DNA of 64,000 nt from NCBI RefSeq assembly GCF_032062105.1, contig NW_026936399.1:372001-436000 (forward strand). Reading direction: 5' to 3'. Shown piece after piece: positions 13,205 through 27,850 of this stretch (positions within the stretch are counted from its first letter, which is position 1; each line of letters begins with the position of its first letter). The notes under the pieces were generated by a model that saw only the letters and a program-made list of their open reading frames with translations, ran no database searches and had not been told where the DNA came from. This DNA comes from Saccostrea cucullata. Its lineage: Eukaryota. The position numbers were made by a program, and so were the translations under genes.

Positions 13205-14459
13205 ATTGAAACTTGGTGTCAGGATACCAGACCTAAGACATCGACCAATATATAATTAAACATTCGTAATCCAATTTAACTGTTCTTAAGAGACTAATGA
13301 ATACCAGGTTTCAGGGAAACAGATATCCAGAAATCAATAGGAAAATGAACCTCTCCATATCTGAATGTGCATGTATGCAGAACTCTTTGGAATCATTTCA
13401 ATTATATCAAAATGTTCATGTATATATGTCTAACAAGTAAAAATTAGACGTTGATTAATATCTTTAAATTAAATTACATTCAGGAAAAAATACATGTTGG
13501 TTGGACACTGTTTCAGGGTAATTTATCAGTCATCATAAGATTAAATTAAGGGACATTTAATAAACGATTTTGACTCTAAATTAATTTGAAAAAATCTTTA
13601 ACAGACATTTTTTATTCATTACTTTAAACAATGAAACGTTTATGAAGATGCACATTTTGAATGATGTATGTAGATAACAAAAAAGTAATCATGTTTCAAA
13701 GTCCAAATGAATATGAATAAAGATAAGATCAAGAAAAGACAACCTGAAAACAGCTAACCTCAGAGGTGGAATTCGGTGCTATGGAGAAATAAGCTTCTTA
13801 TAATCCATTTGTCCGATTTGATTGAAAATTATCGCTTACAATTTGCATTGAAAACCTCCAGACAACATTTATCTATCAACAGGCTGCATTTGCAAAGATT
13901 GGTATTGTATCGACATAGAATTTTTGAAATAATGATGCAAAATAGTTGATACCCTTGTATCATCAACGTATATGTTAGTAACCGGGAGAAATAAATGCCA
14001 CATGTAAATAAATTGGTTTATTTGTGTAAACTTCAAGATAAAATACACTCCTGAAGTTCGCCGGTAAGCGTATGTTAAATAAATATTTTAAACCAATCCT
14101 TTCCTTGATCCTTAAATACTTTACTTATTAACAGAAACAGGAAACTATATACATTTAATTAGAACTCATCTTTCGAGTACGACATTCACTGAGTTTAAGA
14201 ATGTGAGAAGTTGTTCTTTTATTAATATGGCATTGGTAAAAGAACTAAAATTAAATAAACAAAAGTATGTGCAGAAAAAGAAATGTATTTCAAACCACTG
14301 ATTCTTACTGATATCAATATAAATTTATATTATAGGTTTTGGAAACATTTTTCAATTAAAAGTTTCTATTATAGTTTCTATTCACTGATAAAACACATCA
14401 CTCATACAAACAACCACAAAGAATCAAGTCTTGATTTTTCTGGCTGATCTTCATTCATA

Positions 14460-15900
14460 AGGTTGTCAGTTGTCACTGTTTTATCAGGTTGTCACTGTTT
14501 TATAAGGTTGTCACTGTTCTATCTGGTTGTCATTGATTTCTCATGTTTTGACACTGTTCTATCACGTTTTTATTGTTCTTTCAGGTTGTCACTGATCTCT
14601 CATGTTGACACTGTTCTATCAGTTTGTCACCATTCTCTCAGGTTGTCACTGATCTCTCTTGTTGTCACTGATCTCTCTTGTTGACACTTTTCAATTAGGT
14701 TGTCACCGTTCTCTAAGGTTGTCACTGATGTCTCCTGTTGACACTGTTCTATCACGTTTTTACTGTTCTTTCAGGTTGTCACTGATCTATCAGGTTGTCA
14801 TTGATTTCTCATGTTGACACTGTTCTATGAAGTTGTCACTGATCTATCTGGTTGTCAATGATTTTTCATGTTGACGCTGTTCTATGAGGTTGTCACTGCT
14901 TAAATCATGTTGACACTGTTCTATGAGCTCGAGGTTGTCACTGTTCTATCTGGTTGTCACGTTCTATGGGGTTGACACTGTTCTATGAGGTTGTCACTGT
15001 TCTATCTGGCTGTCACGTGTATATCAGGTTGTCACTGTTCTACCAGGTTGTCATTGATCTTTCTTGTTGACGCTGTTCTATCAGCTTGTCAGCATTCTCT
15101 CAGGTTGTCACTGATGTCTCATGTTGACACTGTTCTATCACGTTTTTACTGTTCTTTCAGGTTGTCACTGATTTATCAGGTTGTAATTGATTTCTCATGT
15201 TGACACTGTTCTATGAGGTTGTCACTGTTTTAATCATGTTGACACTGTTATATGAGCTCTTGGTTGTCACTGTTCTATCTGGTTGTTACGTTTAGATCAC
15301 GTTGACACTTTTCTATGAGGTTGTCACTGTTCTATCGGTTTGTCACGTTTTTATCATGTTGACACTGTTCTATGAGGTTGTCACTGTTTTATCTTGCTGT
15401 CATTGATTTCTCATGTTGACACTGTTCTATGAGGTTGTCTCTGTTTTATTCATATTGACACTTTCTATGAGGTTGTTACTGTTTTAACCATGTTGACACT
15501 GTTATATGAGCTCTAGGTTGTCACTGTTCTATCTAGTTGTTACGTTTATATCATGTTGACACTTTTAAATGAGGTTGTCACTGCTCTATCGGGTTGTCAC
15601 GTTTTTATCAAGTTTACACTGTTCTATCAGGTTGTCACTGTTCTATCTTGTTGTCACGTTTATATCATGTTGATACTGTTCTATGAGGTTGTCACTGTTC
15701 TATCTGGTTGTCATTGATTTCTCATGTTGACACTGTTCTATGAGGTTGTCACTGTTCTATCGATTGTCACTGTTTATATCATGTTGACACTGTTCTATCA
15801 GGTTGTTACTGTTTATATCGTGTTGACATTGATTTCTCATAATTTCTCATATGTTGACACTGTTCTATCATGTTTTCATTTTTGATCAGGTTGTTACTGT
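14460..15900. repeat. About 19-bp minisatellite (aggttgtcactgttctatc / atgttgacactgttctatg variants)
   Basis: About 1.4 kb of directly visible tandem units; accounts for the spurious ORFs at 14463, 14985 and 15851. Confidence 0.95.
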
Positions 15901-17642
15901 TCCATTAATGCTTCACTATTCAACCAGTTTCTCGTTGGTCCATCAAGTTGTCAAAGTTCTGCAAGTTTTTCACTTTTCCATCGGGTTATCGATGTTCCTT
16001 GAATTACTGTTCCATCATATTGTCTTGTTTAAAATATTGAAACCCAGGGTTCAAATGTACGTAAACCCTGTTGTTATTTCCAATATATTTATTTTGTTAT
16101 TTCCACATTGATACCTTAGATAACATTTAAAATATAAAAAAAAAACCAACTTGACTAGCAAATTACACCTATTCCTTAAGTAATCAAAAATGGCTTATGT
16201 GAAATGCATATTGCAATTCTTTACAATAATAATTGTTGATTACAATCAGTGCATTTCTTTGTATTACTTAGGTTTATCTTCAACAGCGTTTTGTTCAATG
16301 CATCATTTGTCCATTATTCCATTTGTCAAGAATTATAAAGTCATATCATGCGATATCTTTTCTAAAAGTATGCTAATAAATGGGTTTGAGCTTGTCAAAT
16401 AATGGAAGAGGTATCACAATCAGTGCTTAGTAATTACAGGAAATACCCTTGGTACTGATATGAAAAACACCAGATCCTTAATTAATGCTTTATTATATTT
16501 CGATGACTTTGTTATCAAAGTTAATTAGCATCTTTTTCTTCAGTCTTTAGATATTTTATTATTTTCTCAAAGTACATCATATCAAAACAACCACCATTTT
16601 TGGAATTGATTTTTTTAATAACGACTTTATGACATCATGTAAAGGAATTTTATTCCTAAGATACCATGAATGATATTTTGTTGACGAATGTGTTGAATCA
16701 AGTTATTTAGACTTCAATCGAATTTCAAAGGTTGCATGCTTTTAAAGAGGATTTTCCCTAAAATTAAAGATTGCAGTGGAGTTATAATCATCCTTTGAAA
16801 AAGTCTAAAATTACAGTTAATTACTGTACAGGAAGTTAAAGACAGAGTTGAAGCAGTGAACAAAAGCACGCTAATAGTATTGAATTCTCCCAAGTTTTTT
16901 TTTCTGTGACGTATATTTAAGTGTTAAATTATTACTTTTTGAATGTTCTTTAAAAATTGAGCGACGCGAGTTAATCAAAATCATTGTCATTTCCTTGTCT
17001 TTTTGGCTTGTTTAAATGTTAACACTTAGGTTAAAATAAATGTTAACACTTAAAGCAATATGAACTGCATTTTTAAAAATTTTATTTTGATGTTAAAATG
17101 TGTTACCAGGGTATTATGATAAATTTGTATGTAACTTAAACCTTTATGATCAATTAGACTAAAATAAAGCAGAAGAAAGTCTTTTATATGCAATCCAATA
17201 TGCAGTTTTATATAAGAAATCATATTGTACAGGACGACAATAATGTTATTTCGATTCTATCGAACCTTATAAATAGTTCTTCCATCGCAAATATGAGCAA
17301 CAGAAGTTTATTAACGTTATTTTTTTCTGTCATTGAAATAGTTATTTAAAATTTTGCAACAAAAAATTCCGACATCGAAGTTGTAGCTCATATTGCTTTA
17401 AGTTAAAATAAAATAAGGATTCTTTATTTGTTTACCATTAATGCAATGCGCCTAGCATAATCTCTGATTAAGTCGTCAATAAATTTATAACTGTGCTTAT
17501 TGGATACTACAGTTATGAGACACTACCACGGAATTCTTAACAAGTCATTTGTAATTATTGAATGAGTCTTTTCAACTTTCAACATCAGTAATTAATAATA
17601 AGGAAAAAAAACAAGTGTTCTATTAATACTGAAATACAACTT

Positions 17643-18142
17643 GAAAGGGACATGGACACAATTTCAGCAAAAATTTCAAAATTTATTTTTCCATTTTTAC
17701 AAATATTTAACTAGGGTCTTCTTAATGATCATCAAAATTTTGAACGCTAGTTGTCCAGATACAAGACAGATTTAGAGCTCCAAACCTTTGTTATGTAAAC
17801 AGGGCTAGTGTCATGTTTCTGTTTACACTGGTTAATATACTAATATATGTTCATTCAAAGTAGATAATTTCAAATAAAAGTTAATTTTAAATACGATTCG
17901 ACAGTTACTATTGATTTCCTGAACTTCATTTTGTTATAAATATGATATTTTCTATATGTAACAAAAAAAAAGGCACGAGCCTTGTTTACATTATGAAGAA
18001 CTATAAGTTCTGTATCTTGTTTGTTAATCAACAAATGATGTTCAAATTTTTGAAAATCAATAGATGATGCCTTAGGTAGGATTTGTAAACATTAAAATTG
18101 GTTTTAAAAAATCAGTTGAAACTGTGTCCAGGCCCCTTTTAA
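17643..18142. mobile_element. Kolobok-type non-autonomous DNA transposon
   Basis: TIR aaagggacatggacaca ... tgtgtccaggccccttt; internal inverted segments (tgttatgtaaacagggct / gagccttgtttacatta). Confidence 0.65.
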
Positions 18143-18569
18143 CCAAAGAAACACAAACACTCTTCCATGGCAACTGATCCCATCTCTAATGTTTTAAAGG
18201 TCCGTGTTTGCTCTGCTCCAAAATGTGTATTGTTTAATGGACGTTGACCTTGAATACTGTTCATTATTTCCATATATTTCATGCAAGCAAATACAACTAA
18301 ATCAGATGTACTTCTTTCTCAGCAATTGTATTTGTCATCTGAGTATTAGTGGGTTTTGATGAAGACCTCTGTAAATTTTTGTAGGATGCTCCAAATATTG
18401 ACGCTGACATGACCATTTGTCTCAATAATAATGGAGTAATTCTTGGCCTATTATCACGAGGTCGTATAAAGCTTGGCAACATCTGACCAATTCAGTCATG
18501 TATTGTCAATTATTTGGATAGTTTAATAAATGTGTACCTTCAAATCCGCCTTAATTTTATTTTTTCCGT

Positions 18570-18634
18570 GTAAATTACAATAAGACACGAAGTCTCAACA
18601 CCTGGTTGAGTCTTCGTGGCTTATTGTTATTTAC
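18570..18634. repeat. 65-bp imperfect palindrome (30-bp arms, 27/30 matches)
   Basis: gtaaattacaataagacacgaagtctcaac-acctg-gttgagtcttcgtggcttattgttatttac. Confidence 0.8.
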
Positions 18635-20127
18635 CTATCAATTTACAGAAAGAAGATTTCGTTTAGAAGTGTTTTGCATTGGGACACCTGAACATGGAAA
18701 GAATTCAACAAATAATAAATGGACAAGATTCTGGTATCTTTTTCAAATAAACAAATCATTTTAAAGATTAATTTGCCTAGACAGTGAAACATTCTTTCAG
18801 TGCAGATTATGACATACAATCAGCCTTTAAACAAGTATTGAGTATTAATTATAAACTTAATTTAAATTTCTATTTTATTATTTTTTTCAAAATTACCTTT
18901 AAAACCAGACTTCTGGTAGCTCTATTAAAACCTCTAAGAAAGACTCTGCGTTATCTCTCTCTTAAGCCAGATCACACCATTCAATGGTAGATACATACTT
19001 CTCGTCTTTTTAAATCACAAACTTTTCTCTTTATAGTCCTCTATATGATAAAGCAAACCAAATTAAATTTCCTTGTCACTTCACAGAATATAAACATTAT
19101 TTTATAGAAATAATAATAATGCTCTACTTACTTGTATTAAATAATGATAAATGCTCTCACGATCCCCTTTCATTCCACTTTGAATTGAAATACATAAACC
19201 CTCGAAATCGATGGTGTAATTATAGGACAACGTTTAAAAATTGAATACAAGCTGCTTTCTCAGGACCGAGTAAATGAGATTTGATTGTCATGAAAGAGGC
19301 TTACTAGAAGCTTGATGGGGATTACGTGGGCAAAACGTCCAGCAATCACCCCCAAACAGATTTACCCATAGGAGATTTGTATCCTTAAGAGGAAAAGGTT
19401 TCCATTTTTTAATGGATAGAAAAACGATGCAATCATAGGTCACTTTCCAGTCACATTTTAATCAGGATTAAGAATGGCAAGTCATACATCAGATACTCGT
19501 TTAACAACCATTTACTGAGGATGTAGGGATTTGTTTTTGAAATTATATTTGAAAATCTGAAAATTGAAAATTGACTGAAAAGCAAAAAAGTTGAAAATGT
19601 CAAACCTTTAGAAAGTCATGCATATATTTTTTTAAAAAAAACTTTTGGCAAGTAATCGTAAAACTATATTTTATGTTTGTTGATTTGTTTGTCACAGAGT
19701 GATACGTCAAGCTAACATGCAGAAAATTTTCTTCCTCTTCCAGAAACAAAAAGGTGTAGTTTAAATGCAACAAAGGAATTCTTGAGAAAAATGAAAAGCA
19801 ATAAAGTATCTCCAACTGAGAGAAACCCCCTTTTTTTTTTTTGCAAAATGCAGCAATATTGTTTTATCGCCAGTTATCGTGGGATATTTCCGGTAATTCA
19901 CTTTACCGACAATGAACTTTTCATGTCGACATGCGAAAATATTATCTACATTGTTTTCGTTTTACTTTTCTTGTAGTCCATTTTATTTAGTATGATATCT
20001 ACGGTAACTATACCCGCTCCAAATTTTTTTTTTCATCTAGTACGCAATTTCAACATGTCAAAACAACCAAATTTAAATTTTCTATTTCTTATGTGTATGT
20101 TTCTTTCATACTCTTAAAAACAATGCA

Positions 20128-20968
20128 AGACAAGATGTGTTTGTGAAACACTGATGCCCCCGTATGGCAACATACTAGTAGCGAAGATAAACTTTTCTTA
20201 AATGCAAATTAGATATGTTGATACCCAAAGAAGGGTCTTCTCAGAAGAAATACAATTTTGAAATATAATAAAAGCCTAGCTCAACCTGATCAAAACTTAT
20301 GGCCAAGAATTAGTGTTTAAAAAGTAGGTCAAATCCCAGTGTCAAGGTCAAATTGTCAAAGATGTTGATTCCTTGTTGTCAAAAAGATTACATATATGAA
20401 GTAAGAAAGCCCTAGAACTAACCGTTAAAAAGCTATGGCCAATGTTAAAGTTTTTAAAAACGAGGTTAAACTCCAAGTTCAAGGTCAAAGGAACTTGGTA
20501 TCCAATAAAAGGTCTTGTCACAAGAATTACATACATGAAACATGAAAGCCCTAGTTCTTACCGTTTAAAAGTTATGGCCAAGGTTAACATTTTTTCATAA
20601 GCACGAACATTTCCAAGGTCAAGGTGAAGAAGTTAAAGTTGTTGATATCCAATTAAAGGTCTTGTTACAAAAAATACATATACATATATGAAGTATGAAA
20701 GCCCTAGTATTCCAAAATTATGGACTAAGTAAAAGTTTGGAATTTTTGTGTAAAAGTGGGTCAAACTCCAACGTCAAGGTCAAAAGATCAAATTTGGTGG
20801 TACCCAAAGAAAGCTCTTGTACTTAAATATGAAAGCTACAGCTCCACTAAAAAGTTATGGGAAAAATTAAAGACTTTGTGGACAAACAGACAGAAAGGCA
20901 GATAGACAGACGGACGGACACGACAAAAAAACTATATACCCCCGCATCTTCGATTACGGGGGAATACA
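20128..20968. mobile_element. Non-autonomous Helentron/HINE (pearl-like) element with internal tandem repeats
   Basis: Same termini as 9740-10292; several degenerate internal repeats (aaggtcttgtcacaag...tatgaaagccctag...ttatggccaagg); acagacggacggac microsatellite. Confidence 0.8.
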
Positions 20969-21289
20969 AACGTTTCTTTTGAGGAACTGATTAGTACTTA
21001 CTTTGACGGAATTTACATTTAATGCTATATACGTTTCACAAATAAACTCTAAAAGATGATTGATGCGACAATAAAGAAAATTAATTCAACTAGGAAATAA
21101 ATTTCTGTTGAATAAATTGCCAATATTCAATAATAAATTTGGTCAAAGGCTCTTTTCCAGACATGTTTTCACTTTAAATGACCTCATGCAGCTATCATTT
21201 TTGGAAATACTAGCATAATTAATACGTTGCAGTTTATCTGTTTATACTGTATACTTTAGAAATTTTTCAAATTACATATCACATGGTAC

Positions 21290-22090
21290 CAATTGCGCCC
21301 CGTTATTAGCAGACTTATTTTTGTAGTTTGTATGAAGCAAAATTTATACGTGAAAAGAGGAAAACACTTATTGTGGCCTTCAACTCGACATTTAGATATA
21401 TCGACAACGTATTGTAAATTAACACTGGTTATTTCCATTCTAATTCGTCAAGATATATCCCGGTGACCTTGAAATAATAGAAACCACAGAATCTGACACA
21501 TCTGTTTCACGTTTGGATCTTTTACGTGAAAAGGCGTCAATGGTTATCAAACAACAAAGCTTTATGATAAACTTGATGACTTAATTTTTCAATCTTTAAC
21601 TTTCTTTACTTATGTAGCAATAAACCTTTGTCACCTGCATACGAAGTTTATATCTCTCAGTTGTTTCGATACGGAAGAGCATGCTCTACGTATGAACAAT
21701 TTCTAAAAGAAGCAAGTTATTGAAAACAAGTTAACGAAGAAAGAATACCAACAGTTTCATGTAAAGTCATCATTTTATAAGTTCTGTGGTCGATACAATG
21801 ACACTGTCAGCAAATACAATTTATCATTAAGTCAAATGTTGACAGAATTTTTTTCATACTGATTGTTAGGCCATTATTTATACAATGGGTTGTCCACGGA
21901 TTTTTTCTATAATTTCTCGATCATGACAAGGTGCACAAGAGGCGGATGTGACCGGTCGGCAGGGGAAGCTCACTCCTCCATGGCACCTGATTCCACTTTT
22001 GATGTTTTGGAAGTTGTTTGTTCCGCTCCTAGTTTGTAATGTTTCATGGACTTTTGAGTTCGAATACGATTCACTTTCTTCACAAATTTC
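21290..22090 (+). mobile_element. Penelope-like RT relic with 3' end
   Basis: Decayed 'GTNCAPLLADLF...FNSTFRYIDNV...YDKLDD...YISQLFRYGRACSTYEQFL' followed by the conserved 3' motif at about 21945-22000. Confidence 0.8.
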
Positions 22091-25000
22091 ACGTACAAAT
22101 ATTAATGAATTTATATTTATGGAAAGTATTGATTCTTTTTTATTTCATATCACATTTCATTTTCTGATAAATTACTGTAAATTACTAACTTTTCACATCT
22201 TATTCTCGCAAGATAGTCGTTAAGTCTTTATTAGCGAGACAACATTTTTCACGAATTGTGGTTATTGCTCTATAAAATCTCAAGGAAAACTATTATGCAT
22301 GCACAAAAATGAAATTTTCGCGAGCAAACTGCCTCCTGTTATTACACAATAATAAGATCTCTAGTGCCTAGATACTTTTAAGTTTGTTCAATATCTTATA
22401 TGAACGTATAACATAACTTAAAATTTTTCTTTCATTTAGAAATTTATTTTTAAAATTACACTGATTTTAAATTTTGACTTAAGCCTATATATTGATTTTA
22501 TAATATAAAATCTTATTTTTTGAATACTATTTACAGGATTATTTTCGTCCCGTGCAACTTTCGCCTTTTCACATTTCCAAACAATTTTTGTCTCGTTTTA
22601 AATTAGCCCAGTCATTTTTCTGTTTTAAGATATGTTTATTTATACTGGCTGTTTGGATTCACACCGTTTTAATTAAATTCGCCCACTTCTGAGTAGGACA
22701 AAAGGGACGAAAATAAAACAGTTGCGAAAATTTCCCTGTTTCAATATATGTGTCTTTGCTCAAGATGAATATAATTAATCATCTTTGTAGTGAATGTATT
22801 TGACCTGTTGTGAAGATTTTCTGAATGCTTTGGATACCTTTCATGAGCTATCGGATATTGGTGATGAGTTACGGACATGAGAACAATCCATTTTATATTG
22901 CCAGACACAAGAGATAAAAAGGACATTTAGAAGCCTTTCAAAGTGGAGAAATTATGTTTGGTTAATACTTAATAATCACGACAAATTTACATGAAATTTG
23001 TTTTCACATTCTTAAGGGATGAAGTTTATTTGCTCCTTCACAAGTGATATAGGGTTAACATTATATTAGAGTAACTGCAAGTACTATAACTGTATTTTTT
23101 TTAAATGTGCCAAATACTAATTACTGGAAGAAAATGGAAAAAATACAGCTACAGTAGAAAAAAGGATGAGATCGATGAGCTCTTTGAAATTCATTCTTTG
23201 AAGAAAATTCATTGCTTTTTTTATATGGTAGCCAATGCTAATAACCGTGCGTGTACAACACGAAATGTAAGAAAAAAATATCAGTAATCACGCTCAGATG
23301 TAAAGTTATAAGATAACCATGCAAATTTAGAGAAGAGCAAACAAGGACCTCTAAAAACACGGGGTGGGATCAGATATCATGGACAAGTAAGCACCCCCTG
23401 TCGATTGGTGACACCGTCTTGTGCCCCTTGGTATGAAAAGGTAAACGGATAAATGGGTATATAAGACAAATCAGTACAAAAAATGGCTTAACAATTTGTA
23501 TAAAAAGCGTCAAACAAAACTCATATGACATCAGATTTATTTAGCATTTGCATAATATTTGCAAAATGTTGACTCTAAAAAAGACAGCTGATACCCTTGG
23601 CAACCGATTTGGCAATAATCGGCTCTGTTCAGAGATTGTTCGATGATGAACATGTTCTTGTTTAGCGATTAAACTGAAAGATAGAAACAACTTATACAGA
23701 CAATAAGTGTATTTTGCTACAAAGATATGGAAAATTGAAAATAGAAAAGTTAAAGGCGTCAATTAAAGTATAAAGATTGATTGTTAATTCCGATCATTTT
23801 TTTTCTAGAAAAGCAAAATATGAAAGAGATGTTTCAGACTCTGATTTATCTTTTATTTCGAGTTCAGAAGCATATATGAAACCAAGATACCTGATATATC
23901 TCTCGAACAATTTCTGGTAGAAATGTATTTAATCAAATGAAAAATAGTGCAGATGAAAGATAACATGTTTTGAAGACCTTATTTATAAAAAATAATTCTA
24001 CATATAAAACTCTTGTTATGATTTGTATCATTTATCAGTCACTTTATAACACTCATAAGCACGACTATCTAAGCTAGGGTTTAGCAACCTTACAATTGAG
24101 CCAATATTGGATACAAAATTTAAAAAAGTGGACAAGAATATCAAAAGTAAGTATTTTATAGAAATAATCTAGTAAAATTTGTTTTCAGACTATGAAATAT
24201 GAAAAATGAAAAACTAAGATTACGAAAAATAATTAAGGTTAAAAGCCATTAAAAATGAAAATCCGTAGCAGAGCAAAGACGGATCTCTAAAACAATCAGA
24301 GGTGGGATCAAGTTAACAAAAAGTTTTTGCTTTTATCATGAGAGTTAGGAAAGAATTAACAAATTTCTATATATCCATTTTCTATACTGAAATGTGTTCT
24401 ACCGTCGAAAATGGCTAAAAGTAAAACAAATCTATCTGCATCTGCAAACAAGGAATGCATTGAAAGTATAGAAGCCATTTTTCTGTCTAACAAGTGTTAG
24501 AATATCTGATATCTTTTTTTCGTTAAGCTTACTAATAAAACTAGAACTATACAGTAGTTTGAGTTTGGAAAACTAACTGAGAATAACTACACAATTTTTA
24601 TAGAATTGTTCATTGCCTTTTACTCTCAGTTCTTAATAATTTTCTCTTTTCGTATCATTTACCTCCACTCTAGGAAATTAATTCTCCTTCCACAAAGAGT
24701 TTTTGACATTGAAATTAAGATAATTTTATCGTGCCCAGTACAGGATTAGCAAGTCTGATCAGATTATAGCGACAAATTACAGAGCAATCAGAGAGGTGGT
24801 TAGTCTTTTATGAGCTCAGACATAAGGCATTTGATTTATTATTGCATTGATTAGATATTTGAAGCAAAATTGACTACATATTGCTTCAGTTCAAACGGTG
24901 GAGAAACCTAACGACTAACATGGGTAGAAACATATCTGGGAAAAAATCATTGCAGTTTGACAAGTACATATGTAATAGCATCATATAAAAATCCGCAAAA

Positions 25001-27593
25001 TATGTTGACAATGAGACTTTTTTAAAATGCCCTGACTGATGCGTTCGAGTTTGCACATAATGCTTGGCTCAATTTAGTTAATGAGTTCATTTTAAAAAAA
25101 ACATCATTAGTAGAAATGCACAATTATTACGTAATTAAAAGAATTTTGCAATGCCACCAGACATATCTATCAGGGAGGATAAAGAAAGAAAAAGATCAAG
25201 GCAAAGGTCAAACTTGACACTCTTTTCCAAACACAATTCAATTACATGTTAAAGTTCCTGATTAAACACTTTGGAAAATCGATTAAATTTTGAAAGTATT
25301 TCGCACCGGTAACCCCGAAGAAATGAAATACTGTTACTTCTTCTTATTTTAATAGCTGTCAATTTCAAGGATATCTTTTTGTTGCAGGTAACATAAATTG
25401 CTACCTAACCTTCTACAATGTACAGCAAAACAGATATGAACAATTTGATAAGAAACATTACATGTATGAAAAAACAAGTAAGCAATCTGTTTCTGTTTTC
25501 CAATGAAAAAGTATGTAAAATTGCGGAAAATGAAATATGCCAGAAAATGTGGTGAACCTTCACGCGAACTTTGTAGACTATGTTGTATGAAAAATCAATA
25601 TCTAAAATGAAACAAGCATCAGATGTTGAGTACTCCATTTCAAAGCATTACATCTGAATCGAATATCGCGCTGCTGACAAGGGACTAAATGTGGGCAATG
25701 ATTTATTATCAATGAAATCCTTTATATCTTTATATAATCTGTTGAAAAAAGGCTTGATGTGGGTTTTTTTTTCTTCCAATGAATAAAAATTTCAAATTAT
25801 TTAATCTGTGAAACTAATATACAGATGATCACATCGCAAAAATGTGTGTGCATATTTCTTTTCATTGTAAGAAATTACCCAGTATGATTTTTTTCTATAC
25901 AAGGTTTAAAAGAGAAAATACGGATTTTAATTGTCTGTAGATTTGAACATGTTCATAATAAAACTATAGTCTAAGGAAAACACAAGTATATTCACCCTTA
26001 GAAATATGTGTATGTTCTTATCTATCTAGAAAAAAAAATATGAAAAAGTCAGGAGAACCTTGTATAAAATGATTGCCAAATACATACATAAGAAAAAATA
26101 ATTATTAAAAAAAAATAGAGAGAGAAGAAAAGAATAAGGACAGGGTTATTTTTTCTTTATTTCGACATTGTAATCTACTTCTTTTGTACAAATGTTTCAT
26201 CATTCTGTTCTGATTGTACATGCTATTTGTTCTCTTTTGCTTTGCACTTTCTTAACTTTTCATATCATTTCATGAAATGAAAAAAAATTACCTTTTTTTC
26301 TAACGTTCAGTCTTATTTTAAACAAAAAAGTTGGTGATAATGATGATGATTATAATTATTTTTGTGATGTTCTACAAATTTAATTAAGGCTTCTGTTTTT
26401 GATTTAACACATATAGACCATTAGATCGATCCTACATGAGGCACCTACTGTATATTTGTCTTTTGTAATATTAGGATTGCAATTACATTCCATTCGGAAA
26501 TCATTACAAGGAAATGTGTATTTCAGAGAGAGAGAGAGAGAATAGGACAGAAAGAGATAAAGGGGAAAGACAATTATTTAATTAGTTTATGAACATAAGG
26601 AAAAGGAAGCTAGAACGTACATAAGATTTTATTAATTGAATACACATATGCTATTAGTCTGTACTCAACATGTCATGAATGAAACGGCTTATGATAAATA
26701 TAAGGGATATCTACCAGATAAAATTCAATAAGATGTCATTCATTTCCAGGTTTATTTCAATATATGTGCTGCAAAAGTCAATAAAACGAATTGCATTTAA
26801 AATTGTTATTAAACAAAAAAGGAACGTGAGAAAGAAAAACATTGTCTGTAGATTATGACCGCACAACCATAATATATCTAGAGCTTGGCTTCTAATTCGA
26901 ACTGAATATGAATGATGATTTTGTTGAGAAAAAAAAGGACCGTTTTCACATCTGATATGGTAAAAAAGTCCACATAAATGCCCAACGCCTTGCTTAGCTA
27001 ATGTATTGTATTCAGACATAACTGGTAAAATGGAAAATTTCTCAATTATTCCCATTATGTCTGTAATTAACGCATATATAGATAATCTCACAAGACAATA
27101 TTGGCTAAAATACTGAATGGAAAGTTGTTCCACAGAGTAATATATTCCCATGTTTCCTATATTACTTATGTAATATGATTAAAGAAATTCACTTTATGAA
27201 CATTTTACCAAAAACAGGGAGGATTTATGGCGAAAGGCATTGTTCCTCAGGGTACAATATAACTTGAGACATCATTTCTATACCAAGCAGAAATGATTTT
27301 AAGAGTCGGTAAGTCTGAGTTGACTTAGTCCAAAGTCTCAAAATTTTACAAAAAAAGTTAATGATAACCTACTTAAATGCATATTTTCCCATAAACCCTT
27401 TTTCATTAGTACCTATTACTTTTTTAAAAATATATTTCAAAACAGCAATCATTACAGGTATAAACATTGAGTTTTTAAAAACCGTTGCCTGCTAAATTAG
27501 AAATTTCCTGATAAATCCAAGAACAGGGATTATAGTGTAATGCATACATGTATATCTTATGCCATATTGATAAAATTAATACAGGATACGTAC

Positions 27594-27850
27594 CTTGTCA
27601 AAAGCGATGATGATGCGAGAAGAGTGGTCTCTATCTACACCATAAACCGATAGCCATCTCATCCAACGACACATGCCTCGCTGAGCAGACGGCGGATGTC
27701 GTTGTAAACTCGACGCAGACATACTATTAAACATGGCGGACTTAATTCTACTCACGGGAAGAGAACGAAGTCCATTAAATATTAAATATGGTCGTGAAAT
27801 ATCATTTATGAATTTGACATCCACACAGTTGGCGGTGGCTGCCTACTGCG
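27594..27850 (-). promoter_or_regulatory. Candidate first exon / promoter-proximal region of KCNE-like paralog 1
   Basis: Locally GC/CpG-richer island in AT-rich DNA; YY1-like aaacatggcgg; donor AAG|GTACGT at 27594/27593. No other gene is seen between here and 5771. Confidence 0.35.

Noticed and set aside
14460-15900. CRISPR-like array
   Set aside because: Units are contiguous with no unique spacers, the context is eukaryotic, and there are no cas genes.
26711-27151. 146-aa ORF
   Set aside because: AT-rich composition with no motif or exon support.
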